Source of the DNA: Octopus sinensis
Taxonomy: Eukaryota
Length of the DNA: 64,000 bases
Reading direction: 5' to 3'
NCBI RefSeq assembly: GCF_006345805.1
Contig: NC_043021.1
Span: 15,996,001-16,060,000 of the forward strand
Program-made: the position numbers and the translations under genes
Part shown: in pieces, positions 37,635 through 51,550 of the stretch
Numbering within the stretch: the stretch's first letter is position 1
Layout: each line of letters starts with the position of its first letter
The notes under the pieces: generated by a model
Databases searched by the model: none
Told to the model about the DNA's origin: nothing
Seen by the model: the letters and a program-made list of their open reading frames with translations, nothing else

Positions 37635-39945
37635 ACACACACCATATATGAGTAAAATAGTAGTTTTTCAAAGCCTTGTAACCTAATCTTGTTTGGTGTT
37701 GGCCTCTAAGATCGAGATAAATATGGATTAAATTCAAGGATATTTAAATTAGTTTCTAGTTTCTTAAGTACTTTTCTTTTGTCTTGATTTCAGTTCAACA
37801 TCGTTAAATGATGAACGTCGTTAAATGATGAACTTGGAATTGGTCGGGGTAGATTTTTCTACAGCTGGATGCTCTTGCTGTCACCAATCTTTGCTTGTTT
37901 TTAATCAAAGTATTATTTCCTCATGGCCATACATGTCTTTCGCAGATGACCAGAAACAAACACCACTTGTATGGTGGTGATGCTCATTTACAACCATCAC
38001 ATGTCAAGATGAGGCTACACACATACATGATGGGTTAGTTTCAGCCTCTGTCCACCAAGTCTGCTCATAAGGCTTTGGTTGGCCCAAAGTTGAGGAAACT
38101 TGCCTAAATGCTGTTGCCTCACAGCCTTGTAACCTAATCTATTTAAGTAAGTGTTGGGTCTCTAACATCAAGTGAGAGATGGTTTAAATTCAGTGAAATA
38201 TTTAAATTTGGTTTTCAGTTAATTAAATGATTTTTGTCTTGAATTCATTTAGAGTTGATAAGAAGTTTATTTCCTAAGCACATAGTTTTGGTGTCAGGGG
38301 CCTTGGGTAAATGTCTTTTATACTGTAACACTGGGCTGACCAAAGCCTTGTGAGTTGATTTGGTAGATGGAAACTGAAAGAAACCTGTCGTGTGTACACA
38401 CACACATATATATATATGAGGTAATGGTGTCATTGAGACCTCTTTATTTTGTATCCTATCTAAATTAAGTATAACTTAACCATCCTCTCACACTATCTCT
38501 GATGTCTGTCTCTCTCTATATCAGTCTGTCTGTCTATCTCTATCTGTCTGTCTGACTATCTCTCTATCTGTCTATCTATCTCTATATCTGTCTGTCTGTC
38601 TATCTCTATCTGTCTGTCTGTCTATTTCTATATCTGTCTGTCTGTATACAAATGACTAACAAGAGAACAGGAATCACCTGATCAACTTCATTAGCTTACA
38701 GCTGTTTCTGCTGAAAGACTACTGTTTGCTCAGAGCCGAGTGTTTTTGCTCTGTCCTTCCCAAAAATTTTATCAAAATGTATGTATATTGAGTACTAACA
38801 ACTGGTTATCAGTATTGCTATGCTTAAGTGAAATCCTATGTAATACTAGTAACATGTTGTGGCTGCTGTTTTAAATCAATTATTATAAGACTACGTCCAT
38901 TTACAAGATCTTCTTGATGTGTTTTGTCGAAAGTGGTCATTTGTAATATTGGAAATGTTTTTGACTGTTCTATGGCTTATCAGAAGGAAAGGTCAACACT
39001 CTCGACCTTTGCAGACCATTCAGCATCGGTGAGATCAATTATGTTTATATTCGACCTGAACATCTGTAAGCTGACATCTATAGGAAGAATGTAGGCAGGA
39101 AGGTGGAAGGATTGGGTGAATGGTTAGTTAGGATGAAGCCTGTGTGATAAGATATAGAATAGATGATGAGAGGAGGTGAGAATGGTATGAGGCGGCAAGC
39201 CAGTTCAGAGAAATGGATGCTGTTTTAAGTATTCAACAACTTATTTAACCCTTTTGTTGTATTGTTGTTGAAGCACACTACCTTTGCTTCAGTCAGTTTT
39301 GAAAATGAAAAAGAATGTAGTAAAATAGCCTTTTTCTTTTATATTTTGGCCTTGAGGCTGTGGCCATGCTGGGGCGTTATTAAGTTGGTCCTTGGAGCAT
39401 CAACTAACATGAAATTTTGATGGTAGCTTTTAATTTAGATTGTTTAAAAATATGAAATTTCTATCAGTTAGGGGTGGTCACAGGTAGGTTGGTATCAAAA
39501 CGGTGAAATAACTTGTGGAAATGTTTAAATTTGTGGAATCCTTCTACCTACAAAAAGTATTAAAAGTGAGACACGAGTCTAGAAATTTCAATGTGGTGGG
39601 GGTTAGAGTTGATTAAATTTTACTTTCTGCATTTGACAAAAAAAAACTTTACCAACCCTGGAAGGACGAGTTGCAAAGTTGGTTGACCCCTTCTGCCTAG
39701 CCGGGTTTGAAATATGAGTGTAAAATGGTGGCTACTGATTCTGCCATTGGGATACAAAGAATGATTTCTCGGATATAAGGTTTCAAATTTAGGGGACGGG
39801 GACTAGTGCTTTTATTCACTGACACCCTAAAAAAAAAAAAGCAAAATCGATCTTGGTGGGATTTGAACAGGGAATGCAAAGAGGCAAAACAAATACTTCA
39901 AGGCATTTTATCTGGTGCTCTAACAATTCTACCAATCAACCATAC

Positions 39946-40356
39946 TTTACTCTTTTACTTGTTTCAGTCATTTGACTGCGGCCATGCTGGAGCACCACCT
40001 TTAATCGAGCAACTCGAACCCGGGACTTATTCTTTTGTAAGCCCAGTACTTATTCTATCGGTCTCTTTTGCCGAACCGCTAAGTAACTGAGACATAAACA
40101 CACCAGCATCGGTTGTCAAGCAATGCTAGGGGGACAAACACAGACACACAAACACACCACACGCATATATATATATATATATATACATATATACGACGGG
40201 CTTCTTTCAGTTTCCGTCTACCAAATCCACTCACAAGGCTTTGGTTGGCCCGAGGCTATAGTAGAAGACACTTGCCCAAGGTACCACGCAGTGGGACTGA
40301 ACCCGGAACCATGTGGTTGGTAAACAAGCTACTTACCACACAGCCACTCCTGCGCC
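39946..40356 (-). mobile_element. Full-length SINE family A
   Basis: Reverse complement of the family A consensus. Confidence 0.9.
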
Positions 40357-41786
40357 TGGATAAAGATATTAAAAAATAAAATAAAAAGGGATTAATTAGC
40401 CAAAAAAAAACTTCCTTCTGAAAAGTGCAAAAGGTAACTTTATTTTCTGAAATTTGGCTGTAAATGTTATTCCTATTTTTGTATCTAACCTCATATCAAT
40501 CTGTCAGGGCCCGAAGGTTATAAACATAGATAATAATAATAGGTTTGTATTTGATTTTCATAGAATTCTTTGTGTTACATTTGTAGTACTTTTCCTCTGA
40601 TTTTTGCATTATCTTGGAAAATCAGACAAAAGTTAACCTTGTCTGTCAGTAAGCATTCTCTGTCGGTGTTGTTTAACCCCTGACCCCCCCCCTTTCTTTT
40701 AACCTTTTTCTGTATTTTATTTATATATAATTGTGTTTTATTATGCAGATAATAAACCTAACTCGGCCTACTGTAAAGGTTTGGCTCTTCTCTGCCTTTT
40801 ATTCGAGTTGTTAGTCAGTTGTCTGTACTTCAAGTATCTGATTGCAGAAATATGCACTGCAATGAATGTTGTTATGAAATTAAAAACTAGGTTTCTTGAT
40901 AAGATAGATGCAACTTCTCTGATATGGCTTTTATAGATCTTGCCAGGCAAGATAACAAAATGAAATGATGATGATGATGATAATTATAATAATAATAATA
41001 ACATAGCAAAAACTTTATTATTGTTTTAGCTGTTCTTGTTGTCATGCAGGTGGAATGCATTTTGTGAAGCTGCTTTGTTAACTTTACTCATTTCAGCCAG
41101 AGGCTGTGGCCATGCTGGGGCATTTCCTTTAAAATCCAAACATTACTGATGTTTCAGAAACTAGCTAGTTTTTGGGGGTGTGGAGGTGTAATGGCTCAGT
41201 GGTTAGGGCATCAAACTCGTGGTTGTAGGATCGTGGTTTCGATTCCCAGACAGGGCGTTGTGAGTGTGTGTATGTTTGTTAGTTTTGTCCTCCAGCATAA
41301 TTTGCCAACTGGTGTTGGTTTGTTTATGCCCCCCCCCCATGACTTAGCAGTTCAGCAAAAGAGATCAATAGAATAAGTACCAAGGTCAGTTAGTGCAGCT
41401 AAATCTTTGAATGCAGTACCCCCCACCCCCCCAAAGCATGGCTGCAGTCCAATGACTGAAACAAGTTAACAATAAATAAAAGATATTCATTTGGTTAACT
41501 ACGAAATTGGAAGGAAGGAGGGAAGTTGATTCCGTGAATAGATTAAAATTAATAATTTTTCTCCTAAGTAATTAGATTGCATAATTATTTCTGTGCACTA
41601 TCTTCAGATAGGACCTGTTGATAACATTAACTCAACCAAGTTGTTTGTTTGTGAACTTCAAACTGCCTGTATCTGGAACAATAGCTCTGCTGTTTCCTCA
41701 GCATATTCTCACGTATAGGCATGCCAACTCATAAGTACACATGCTCACATGCAAACATTGATATGCACACATGCCTACACCCATTC

Positions 41787-41819
<33 letters not shown>

Positions 41820-41825
<6 letters not shown>

Positions 41826-42125
41826 GTGATCACGTGACCGACCAGACCATCAGACGTTGTTATACATCGCTGGTCACAATGCGTTCGCATTGTTTTAGCC
41901 TTCGAATGACGCCACCCTGCTGGCTAAGCGAGCAGGCCAACAGAAGAAAGAGTGGGAGAAAGAGTGGTGAAAGAGTACAGCAGGGATCACCACCCCCTGC
42001 CGGAGCCTCGTGGAGCTTTTTAGGTGTTTTCGCTCAATAAACACACACAACGCCTGGTCTGGGAATCAAAACTGCGATCCTGCGACCGCGAGTCCGCTGC
42101 CCTAACCACTAGGCCATTGTGCCTC

Positions 42126-42126
<1 letters not shown>
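41820..42126 (-). mobile_element. tRNA-derived SINE (family D)
   Basis: Minus-strand head ggaggcacaatggcctagtggttaggg...gattcccag, flanked by (TA)n on both sides. Confidence 0.75.
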
Positions 42127-42164
<38 letters not shown>

Positions 42165-42330
42165 CAAATAAGAAAATGGAGAAACAAATTCAGTTTGTTC
42201 ATCAACTTAGGGATATTATAATGTTAGATTATTTATTCATTTTACATATGAGAACATCAAAAGCATACAACCAGTATATACCAACAGTATATTGGATAAA
42301 TGATATCTCGTAGTGGGTTACACCCTTAAC

Positions 42331-42378
<48 letters not shown>

Positions 42379-43081
42379 CTGTCCTCACATACTGACATAC
42401 ATACAAGTCTACATACTCATAGACACATATACTTACACACACACACATTGATATGTACACACATAAACGTACACATACATAAGCATACACATTAGTATGT
42501 AGACACACACACACACACACTGATATGCACATGTGTGTATGTACATTGTAACCTACATACTAACATACTAGCATACACACATGCTTACACACACTCACAC
42601 ACATTGATATAAGCATACAAATACATGCATACAATTTCACTTTTGTTTCATCACACACCAGATATGCAGCCAAGAGGAAAAAAAACAACAAAACCTTTTA
42701 TCTCGCACATTTTCTTCATTTTTACCACCAATTACCGTAATTAAATCTAGAATATCAGCGGGATTGCTGTAACATAGTGACACAGATTATTGTTGAGTCA
42801 TTAGGTTTTAGTTTTTTTTCCCTTCCTTCTTTTCAAATTCACCGAATTTCAAAAACAATTGAATGTATTATTTTCATCAAGAGTTAATCACATAAAACAT
42901 ATCGCTTCTTAAATCATTAACCCTCTTAACAATGTGATTTGTTAAATAGATATGGTCATGTGCCCCACAAAGCAGGGTGAGGTAATTTCTGACGCCTTCT
43001 CGCGTCACACAAACTTTTCATCATTAGCATCATCATCATTTAATATCCTTGTTCTGTGCTGGCTTATTAACTTCTTTTTTT

Positions 43082-44015
43082 CCATTTGATACAGGCCTTA
43101 GTAAGTTTTTTTCTCTCCATCTGATACATCCTGTTTCCCATTTGATACAGGCCTTTTCCCCCATTTGATATAGGCCTTTACCACCCTTTGATACAGGCCT
43201 TCCTACCCACCCCCCCATTTGATACAGGCCTTTTCCCCCCATTTGATACAGGCCTTTTCATCCCATTTGATACTGGCCTTTTCCCCTCATTTGATACAGG
43301 CCTTTTCCCCCCATTTGATACAGGCCTCCCCCCACCCCTCATTTGATACAGGCCTTTTCCCCCATTTGATACAGGCCTTTTCCCCTCATTTGATACAGGC
43401 CTTCCCCCCCCATTTGATACAGGCCTTTTCCCCCCATTTGATACAGGCCTTTTCCCCCCATTTGATACAGGCCTTTTCCCCCCATTTGATACAGGCCTTT
43501 CCCCCCATTTGATACAGGCCTTTCCCCCCATTTGATACAGGCCTTTTCCCCACCATTTAATACAGGCCTTTTCCCCCATTTGATACAGGCCTCCCCCCCC
43601 ATTTGATACAGGCCTTTCCCCCCCATTTGATACAGGCCTTTTCCCCCCATTTGATACAGGCCTTTTCCCCACCATTTAATACAGGCCTTTTCCCCCATTT
43701 GATACAGGCCTCCCCCCCATTTGATACAGGCCTTTCCCCCCCATTTGATACAGGCCTTTTCCCCCCATTTGATACAGGCCTTTTCCCCCCATTTGATACA
43801 AGCCTTTCTTTTCCCCCCATTTGATTCAAGCCTTTCCCCCCATTTGATTCAAGCCTTTCCCCCCATTTGATTCAAGCCTTTCCCCCCCATTTGATTCAAG
43901 CCTTCCCCCCCATTTGATTCAAGCCTTTCCCCCCATTTGATACAAGCCTTTCTTTCCCCCCATCTGATACAGGTCTTTCTGCTTGATCCAAGCCTTTTCC
44001 CCCACCTGACACAGG
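43082..44015. repeat. ~21-23-bp minisatellite (ccatttgatacaggccttttccc), roughly 40 units
   Basis: Visible directly in the sequence, with variable C-run length. Confidence 0.95.
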
Positions 44016-45559
44016 CTTCACTCTAACCACTAGGCCATCCTGATGCATTGTGGAACCATGTGGTTGGGAAGCAAGTTTCTTACCACACAGCCAAGCCTGT
44101 ACCTATATGTAGATGTGTGTGTGTATATACATGTACACAGTTATGTATGTATTGGGGTGTGTGGGTGTGTCAACCTAACGATGTATAGCAGAAGACACTT
44201 GGTCTAAAGTGCCATGCATTGAGACAGAACTGAAAAATGCATGGTTGTGATGCAAACTTCTTAAACCACACGGTCATACCAGCGCCACCTCTGTTGTGTT
44301 ACTATTTCAGGTTTCAAATTGATGGAAGAACTAAGATTTTCCATGTGTTCTAATTAGCTGTTTTGGTGCATATTCTGGTCATGGTTGTTTGTTTACAACA
44401 CATTTATAGGCACAGGTGTGGCTGTGTAGTAAGAAATTTTGCTTCCCAACCAGATGGTTCCTGGTTCAGTTCCACCATGTGGTACCTTGGGTAAGTGTCT
44501 TCTATGAAAGCTTGGACCAACGAATGTCTTATGAATGGGTTTAGCTGATGGAAACTGAAAGGGTCCCATTGTACATATATAGGGTGCAGTATATAAATTG
44601 TCGTCTAAATGATGAAAAGTTTGTGTGCTGTGAAAAGGCATCAGAAATTACCTTGCCCTGCTTTGTGGGGCACATGACCAAAAATTGTCATCTGTGTGTG
44701 TGTGTTACTGTTTCCTTTCTTGACATAACATGATAGTTGTAAGCATGTGTCACCGTCACGGTGTCCTTCATTTCCAGTCTCCCATGGAAACCTATCCTGG
44801 CCATGGGGAGATATTTCCTTGCCTGGAGACAGAGGAGAGTTGGTGACAGGAAGGGCATCCAGCTGTAAAAGACCAGCTTCAACAAATTCTGTCTGACTCT
44901 TGCAAGCATAGAAAAGTAGATGCTAAAATGATGATTATTCTGTCTCCTGTTGTATGCCACATGTTTTGCTGGCAACCTCTACATGAAAACACTACTGTTT
45001 AAATGTAATTAATTATCAATAGACTTTTTATAGTCTTACAGCTGCAGGAACCATTGTATAATGGTTGTGAGTAGTCTTTGCTGTTTGATCTGTGAAAGAA
45101 TGTGACAACTACTCTTGAGAGATCACAGCTGTTAGAAACATTGAGTTAACAAACAGGATTATAATGCATAACAGCTGTTGTTGTTATGTTAATGTTATGA
45201 AATAGCTAATTAATCCTACTAACCAGTCAATGTAATAACTGTCAATGAAGTTAGTTCAGTTTCTCACATGCATAATACATATCCTCTGTTTCTACCTGAA
45301 CATGTAGCGTTTACATTCAAGTAATGAACATGGTAAGGTGGTGAGCTGGCTAAGTCTTTAGCATGTGCAACAAAATGCTGGGCTGTGTTTTTCATTGTTT
45401 GCTCTTTATGTTCTTGGTGCAAATACTGTCGAGGTGGACTTTGCCTTTCATCCTGTCGGGGTCAATAAAATAAGTCCCAGTCAAGCACTAATGTTGATGT
45501 AATTGACTTGTCCTCTCCTTTTAAATTGCTGGGCTTCTGCCAAACTTTGAAATTATTAT

Positions 45560-45752
45560 TATTATTTATTTTTATTTATTTTTATTTTTATTATTTATTT
45601 TTATTATTTATTTTTATTTTTATTATTTTTATTATTTATTATTTATTTTTATTATTTATTTTTATTATTTATTATTTATTTTTATTATTTATTTTTATTA
45701 TTTATTATTTATTTTTATTATTTATTTTTATTATTTATTATTTATTATTATT
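45560..45752. repeat. Almost pure A/T (TTA/TTTA) low-complexity tract
   Basis: Visible directly in the sequence. Confidence 0.95.
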
Positions 45753-46393
45753 AAAGCAGTGATCTGGCAGAACTGTTAGCACATAAACAAAATTATTTTG
45801 TTGCAGAAGCCTTAAATAATTTCTAAATATCACGGAACCCATCCTTATATTTTAATAGCAGTCTCCTAACTCACTGATTTCAATCAGATGTTAAATGAAG
45901 TAAAAATTATTTTAGAGAAATTTAGATGCAAATGTGGCTGTGTAGTTAAGGAACTTGCTTTGCAATAATGTGGCTGTGGGTTCAGTTCCACTGCGCAGAG
46001 CCTTGGGTTAGGGATAGGGTTCTATTATAGCTCCAGACTTGTGAGTGAATTTGGTAGCTGGAAACTATGTGGAAGCCTGCTGGAGTATGTGTGTTTGTAT
46101 TTGTCCTCTCTACTGACACTTGACAACTGGTGTTTGTTTATGTCCCTGTAACCTTGTGGTTCAGTAAAAAGCAATTGATAGAATAAATATGAAACTTATA
46201 AGTAAATACTTGGGTTGATCTGTTCCGTCAAATCTGGGTTGATCTGTTCCGTTGATCTGTTCCGTCAAATCCTTCATGGCAGCAGTTCAATAATTAAACA
46301 AGTAAAAAATTTAATATATTTATTGATTTAAAGAAGATGAGAAAATAGAGAGATAATTAATAAATAATTATTTATTAATTAGAAAATTTGACA

Positions 46394-46478
46394 TCTCTAA
46401 CAGCTGTTTCAATTCCAGACCTTTAGAAATTAATTAACAAAATTAAAACAATTTAAAAGTCAAATCTCGTCAGAGTTA
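46394..46478 (-). ncRNA. Degenerate type I hammerhead-like motif
   Basis: Minus strand reads CT-CTGACGA-gattt...gaatt-GAAA-C-AGCT-GTT-AG. The core is intact but helix I is only 2 bp and helix II is weak. Confidence 0.35.
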
Positions 46479-46499
46479 GCTAAAGATATATGAATTAGG

Positions 46500-46680
46500 T
46501 GTCCAACAGCAGGTTTTCAAGAAATTGTGGGAATATTGCCAAGAGGTGCATGCTAGATTTTGGAAAGACATATGATTGTGGGCCATGGGACATGCTGTGG
46601 AGGGATTTGCAGGAGTTTGGGTTCAATGGGCAACTTCTGCTTGCTGTGAAGTCCCTATATGAATGCCCAAATTAGATCAG
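46500..46680 (+). mobile_element. Decayed RTE-clade reverse-transcriptase fragment
   Basis: QQVFKKLWEYCQEVHA..LEKTYD..PWDMLWRDLQEFGV...LLLAVKSLY (with frameshifts) resembles EK.WEY...V..CFVDLEKAYD.VPR..LW..L.EYGV.G.LL.AVKSLY. Confidence 0.65.
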
Positions 46681-48445
46681 GTTATGAATTATTAATTTAT
46701 GTTCTTTGAAGTTAATTTTTAGCCATCATTTTCTCTTTTTTTTAATTTTTAATCGCAGTGAAAACAAAGAAATTTGTTTCGTCATATTTATTGATTTAAT
46801 TACTTCAAGTGTATTGACATCATTTTGATTGTTTGACAAAACCACTTTCATCTCATCAGCATCTTCATCATCCCTCTTTCATGACTGGGAGTGAATTTAC
46901 TTGACTTATCTAAATTCCATCCTAAATATTTTCAGAGATTGCAGTCAAACTATAGATGGATTTTGCAGGTATGGCTTTTCCTTCTGGTTATCAATGATTC
47001 AATTCTTTAATGCCTTCATATTATGAGAGAGGAATATATTGCTTCTGTCACTAGCTCAAGGCTACAAACTTGGGAGCAAAGGGATGAGGGAACCATCAGT
47101 TATATTGACATCCCCTGGACACTACACTGATACTGATATTATCTGAACCTTCTCATGGAAGACTGGAAGACAGGGTCAGTAGGGTCAAATCTGGTGTTAT
47201 TTGAACTCAGAGATGTAGAATGAGACAGTTAAATGCTGCAAGGGATTTAACTTGTTGCTCCACCGATTTTGCCAAACTGTCACCATTCTCTTAATCCACA
47301 GCACTCTGCTAGTAGAACATTGATGACATCTTATACCTGTTACCAATTTTAGCATAGAGAAAAGTTGTTGCTTATCCTCAAACAAAACATGATCAAGTAA
47401 AACTATGATCAGACATTCCCGTCATTTTAGAGTCATTATCTAATGTGTCTCCTACATTTACGATAGCAGGATATGATTTGATGGAAGATCTGGTCGTTAT
47501 TTCTAGCATGTCAAGCTACTATGAAGAAAAGTTTGTTGAGGTAGCTTAACAACTTTCCAGTTCAGATCCACTGCTGGTTTTTCAACGCACATTTGGGCAG
47601 GACTCGTAATTCTGCTGACCTCACTTGTTCTAGCTCTCAGGTAATGCAACTTGCAATAGGATCATCATTCCCTACTCACAGACCAATTCAAATCTTGTCT
47701 CCTTAATACCTGGAAGTTAGAGCTAATTATCCACCAGAAAATTTGTCGACATTTTAAACCGTTTTAATATTAACCCACTTGAAGTTGCTTCTCATTCTGT
47801 GACACAAAAACACACCTTTTCTATTATAAAGGATTTTAATTCAAATCTTCCATGAAAATTTTATATAAGAAACCTTTTTTGTTTTAAACACACTAGTTTG
47901 GTGATGAAAACATTTGAATGATTTAGCTGACTAAATCATTTCAAATTCTTGATTATTTTCAAAACTGATCAAAAGATGCAGATAAAAGCATTTCCTTTGA
48001 CTGTATTAACAATATATCAGTCCAATGGAGAGAAGAGTTTGTTAGAAATTCATTATGAGATGATGAAAAGTTCCTGTTCTCCTCTTCATAAGCCTTGGTA
48101 AGCAATAGATAAGATAGGGGATTCAAGCTTGGTCAGCGGGGTCAGTTGTTTTTCTTTTCTGTTTCAAACTAATGCTTATGGGGTGTACGATGATTTTATA
48201 TTACGAAACCTTAGCATTTAATTCTCTTATTGATATATGTTGGGCATTAAAGAGTTGAAAACAACAAACAACCAAACTTGTGGCCAGCTGGCATTTACTG
48301 AAATTTGCTTTGTGCGAATGTTTTTTTTAATATAGATATTTTATTTACGTTTTGAAGGATTGATTGTTGTTGTTATAAAAAAAAAATTGTTTCACTTCTG
48401 TGACTTGTTGTTATTTATCTAATCTGTAAAGATATTTTATTTTAT

Positions 48446-48478
<33 letters not shown>

Positions 48479-49863
48479 AATCATGCATGAAGTTTGGGTG
48501 AAGTAGTCATTTCAGGCGCAGTCCCTGGTACAGTGTTTGTATTATTTGACACAGCGGTTACGTAAACAAACAACCAGGTAGTTTTAAAAAGAGCCAGTAA
48601 ATTGCTTACATTTGATGATGATGATTTAGCTAGATATATATATAAATTGACGTAGGCATACTTTTAAATATGCTTGCAATTTAAGTGGGAGGAAGAAAAA
48701 CTTCCATAAAATGTTCACATTTCAGTTTTCCACTATTTTTAACCCTTTTTTTATGTCAATTTACCTGAGATTATCACAGGTTTTATAAAGCAAGACATCT
48801 AATTATAAAGTGTTTATAGTCAAGGAAAAACCCTCCTTAGTAATTTTATGTAAGAATCCTCTTTTTAAAAGCATTGACACCTGTCTAAATGCAAGAGGAG
48901 ACTTTGTTGAAAGATACCTTCATTCTGACAAATATATACTGCCTATTGGAAGATTCTGCCTGTTCCATTGGCAGTACTCACTCTTGTAAAATATGATTGT
49001 ATATTCAGTCTAAATACTCCTTTGACTAGGATGAATTAGCAGAGTCAATAGAGCCTTGAATACCAATGTTTTCTACCTATTTGTTCTGATTACCTGGTGC
49101 TGAGTCCATATTCTGACATCTACTTTGCGTTTCATTGTTTTGGGGTGGATGAAAAAAAAAAGTATCAATCTAGGGAAGGGATATGGTAGAACTGTGAGAA
49201 CATTGCACCAGATTCCTTGCAGTATTTGTTCCAGTTCCTTGCATTCGACGTTTGAATCCTGCCCTGCCTTACATGGGTTGACTTAATCATGTAATAAATA
49301 TTCTTTCCTACTCTAGGCACCAGGCCCGAAATTTTGGGGGAAAGGGCCAGTCGATTAGATCGACCCTTGTACGCAACTGGTACTTAATTTATTGACCTTA
49401 AAAGGATGAAAGGCAGAATTTGAACTCAGTATGTGAAGACAGGCAAAATATCGCTAAGCAATTAACCCAGCATGCTAACGTTTCTGCCAGCTTGCCGCCT
49501 TATGTAATAAATATAAAATGATATACAATATAAATTTTAAATTAAAGAAAAAGAGAAAAGATTTAGGGTTACCAGATTCGACAGGAGTTTGAGCCCAAAC
49601 CCTCCATGACTCTACCCTTCTATCACTAAGTTTTGGTTCATTTGAAGGTACCTAGGTTTATCAGCAAAATTGCAGTGTGGTTTTGTTGATTTTCTTTCGA
49701 GTACTCCAAGCATGCTAGTCAACATTTTGCATGCTTATGATTCCATTAAAGTCCCTTCCACAAAAATTTCACTGATAAACTCACGAGAGACTCATAAGTG
49801 ACTTTGCAGTATATCTTTTTTATTGCTTCAGTGTTACTCAGCCACACTATCATGAACCCCCTT

Positions 49864-50150
49864 GAAGGCGTGTGGCCGAGTGGTTTGGACATTCGGTTCA
49901 CAATTGTAAAGCCACGAGTCTGATACCTGGTGACACATTGTGACCTTGAGCAAGACACTTTATTTCACGTTCCTCCAGCCAACTCAGCTGGCAAAAATTT
50001 GTGCCTGTATTTCAAAGGGCCAGCCGTTTCACATTGCGTGTTAGGCTGAATCTCCCTGAGAACTACGTTAAGGGTATACATGTCTGTGGAGTACTCAGCC
50101 ACTGTTCTGTTGATTGGATCAACTGGAACCCTCGTCATAACTGAGTGCCA
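49864..50150 (+). mobile_element. tRNA-derived SINE with a V-domain-like segment
   Basis: Head ggcgtgtggccgagtggtt followed by gaccttgagcaagacacttt. A related inverted copy lies at ~19870-20070. Confidence 0.55.
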
Positions 50151-50440
50151 CTTTACAGTGAACCCTATGTTGTTTTCCTGCAAAGGAGACTCTTCATCCC
50201 CTCACACTTTATGTAGGGTTTTTTTTCCTTCTTTTTTGAGGCCTTCTCCCCACATTTCTTTTAAAGCTTTATTTATTTTTATTTTTACTTCTTGTCCCCC
50301 CCCCCATCAGAAACTCAGTTATTTACTTGTTTTATTGATCTCTTTTGCCAAACCTCTAAGTTACATGGATGTAAACAAACCCCAAACCAGTTGTCAAGCA
50401 GTGCTGGTGGTGGAACACACACACACACACACACCACACA

Positions 50441-50482
<42 letters not shown>

Positions 50483-51007
50483 CAAGCTTCTTTTAGTTTC
50501 CATCAACCCAATTCATTCACAAGGCATTGGCCAGCCTAGGGCTACAGTGCTAGAAGACATTTGCCCAAGGTGTGCTGTGCAGTGGGACTGAACCTGAAAC
50601 CACATGTTTGCTTGCAAAGCAGCCTTCTTAACCTCTACAGCTTTTCCTAAACCAAAAATTTATCTTAACCCTATCTACAACATACAACACATTTCAATTA
50701 TGTCTTTCTTGTGTTGTTGTTGATGTTGTTGCTGCTGCTGCTGTTGTTGTTGTCAGTATTAATAATCTAGGTTATAAACTTGCTTTATTTGCGTCCTCCA
50801 CCCCTTGCACCCACCCCCAACTCTCAAACTGATTTTCTGCTTGAAAGTTTCTCTACTGTAAGAGTTGTGGGTGTTTGCCTCTTGTAAACTCTTTAGTTTT
50901 ATGTTTTTATTTTTTAGTTTTTGTTTTCGTTTTTTTTAGTTTTGTTTTTGTTTTATTTTAATCATTTTGATACTAGTTTTACTAACAGACACCATTTTTC
51001 TCATTCA

Positions 51008-51550
51008 TGTGCACATACATGTATACACACACATACGTGTATATACATACATATATGTGCATATACACACATATACGTGCATATACACACATGTGCATAT
51101 ACATACATATACACATATATATGTACACATGCACACACATGTATGTGCACATACACACATACATGCATATACACACATATATACGTGCATATACACACAT
51201 ATATACGTGCATATACACACATGTGCATATACACACATACTTGCATATACATATACACATATATGTGCATATACACACACATATATATGTATGTGCACAC
51301 ACACACATACATGCATATATACACACATATATACACATGTGCATATACACACATACTTGCATATACATATACACACATGTGCATACATATACACATATAT
51401 GTACATATACACACATATGTGCATATACACACATATGAGCATATATACACATGTGCATATATACACACATATGTACATATATATATGCATATACATGCAA
51501 ATACAAGCATGTGCATATACATACACTCTTACAAACACGTGTATATGTAC
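51008..51550. repeat. Compound (CA)/(TA)/(TG) microsatellite
   Basis: Visible directly in the sequence. It is the source of spurious H/I/Y/T-rich ORFs. Confidence 0.95.

Noticed and set aside
38690-38790. GAAACAGCTGTA-AGCTA on the minus strand (hammerhead 3' half)
   Set aside because: The upstream box is TTGATAA, with no helix I or II pairing, so only half the motif is present.
43036-43829. Multiple 70-165-aa ORFs (GGKRPVSN and HLIQAFSP repeats)
   Set aside because: They are translations of the minisatellite.
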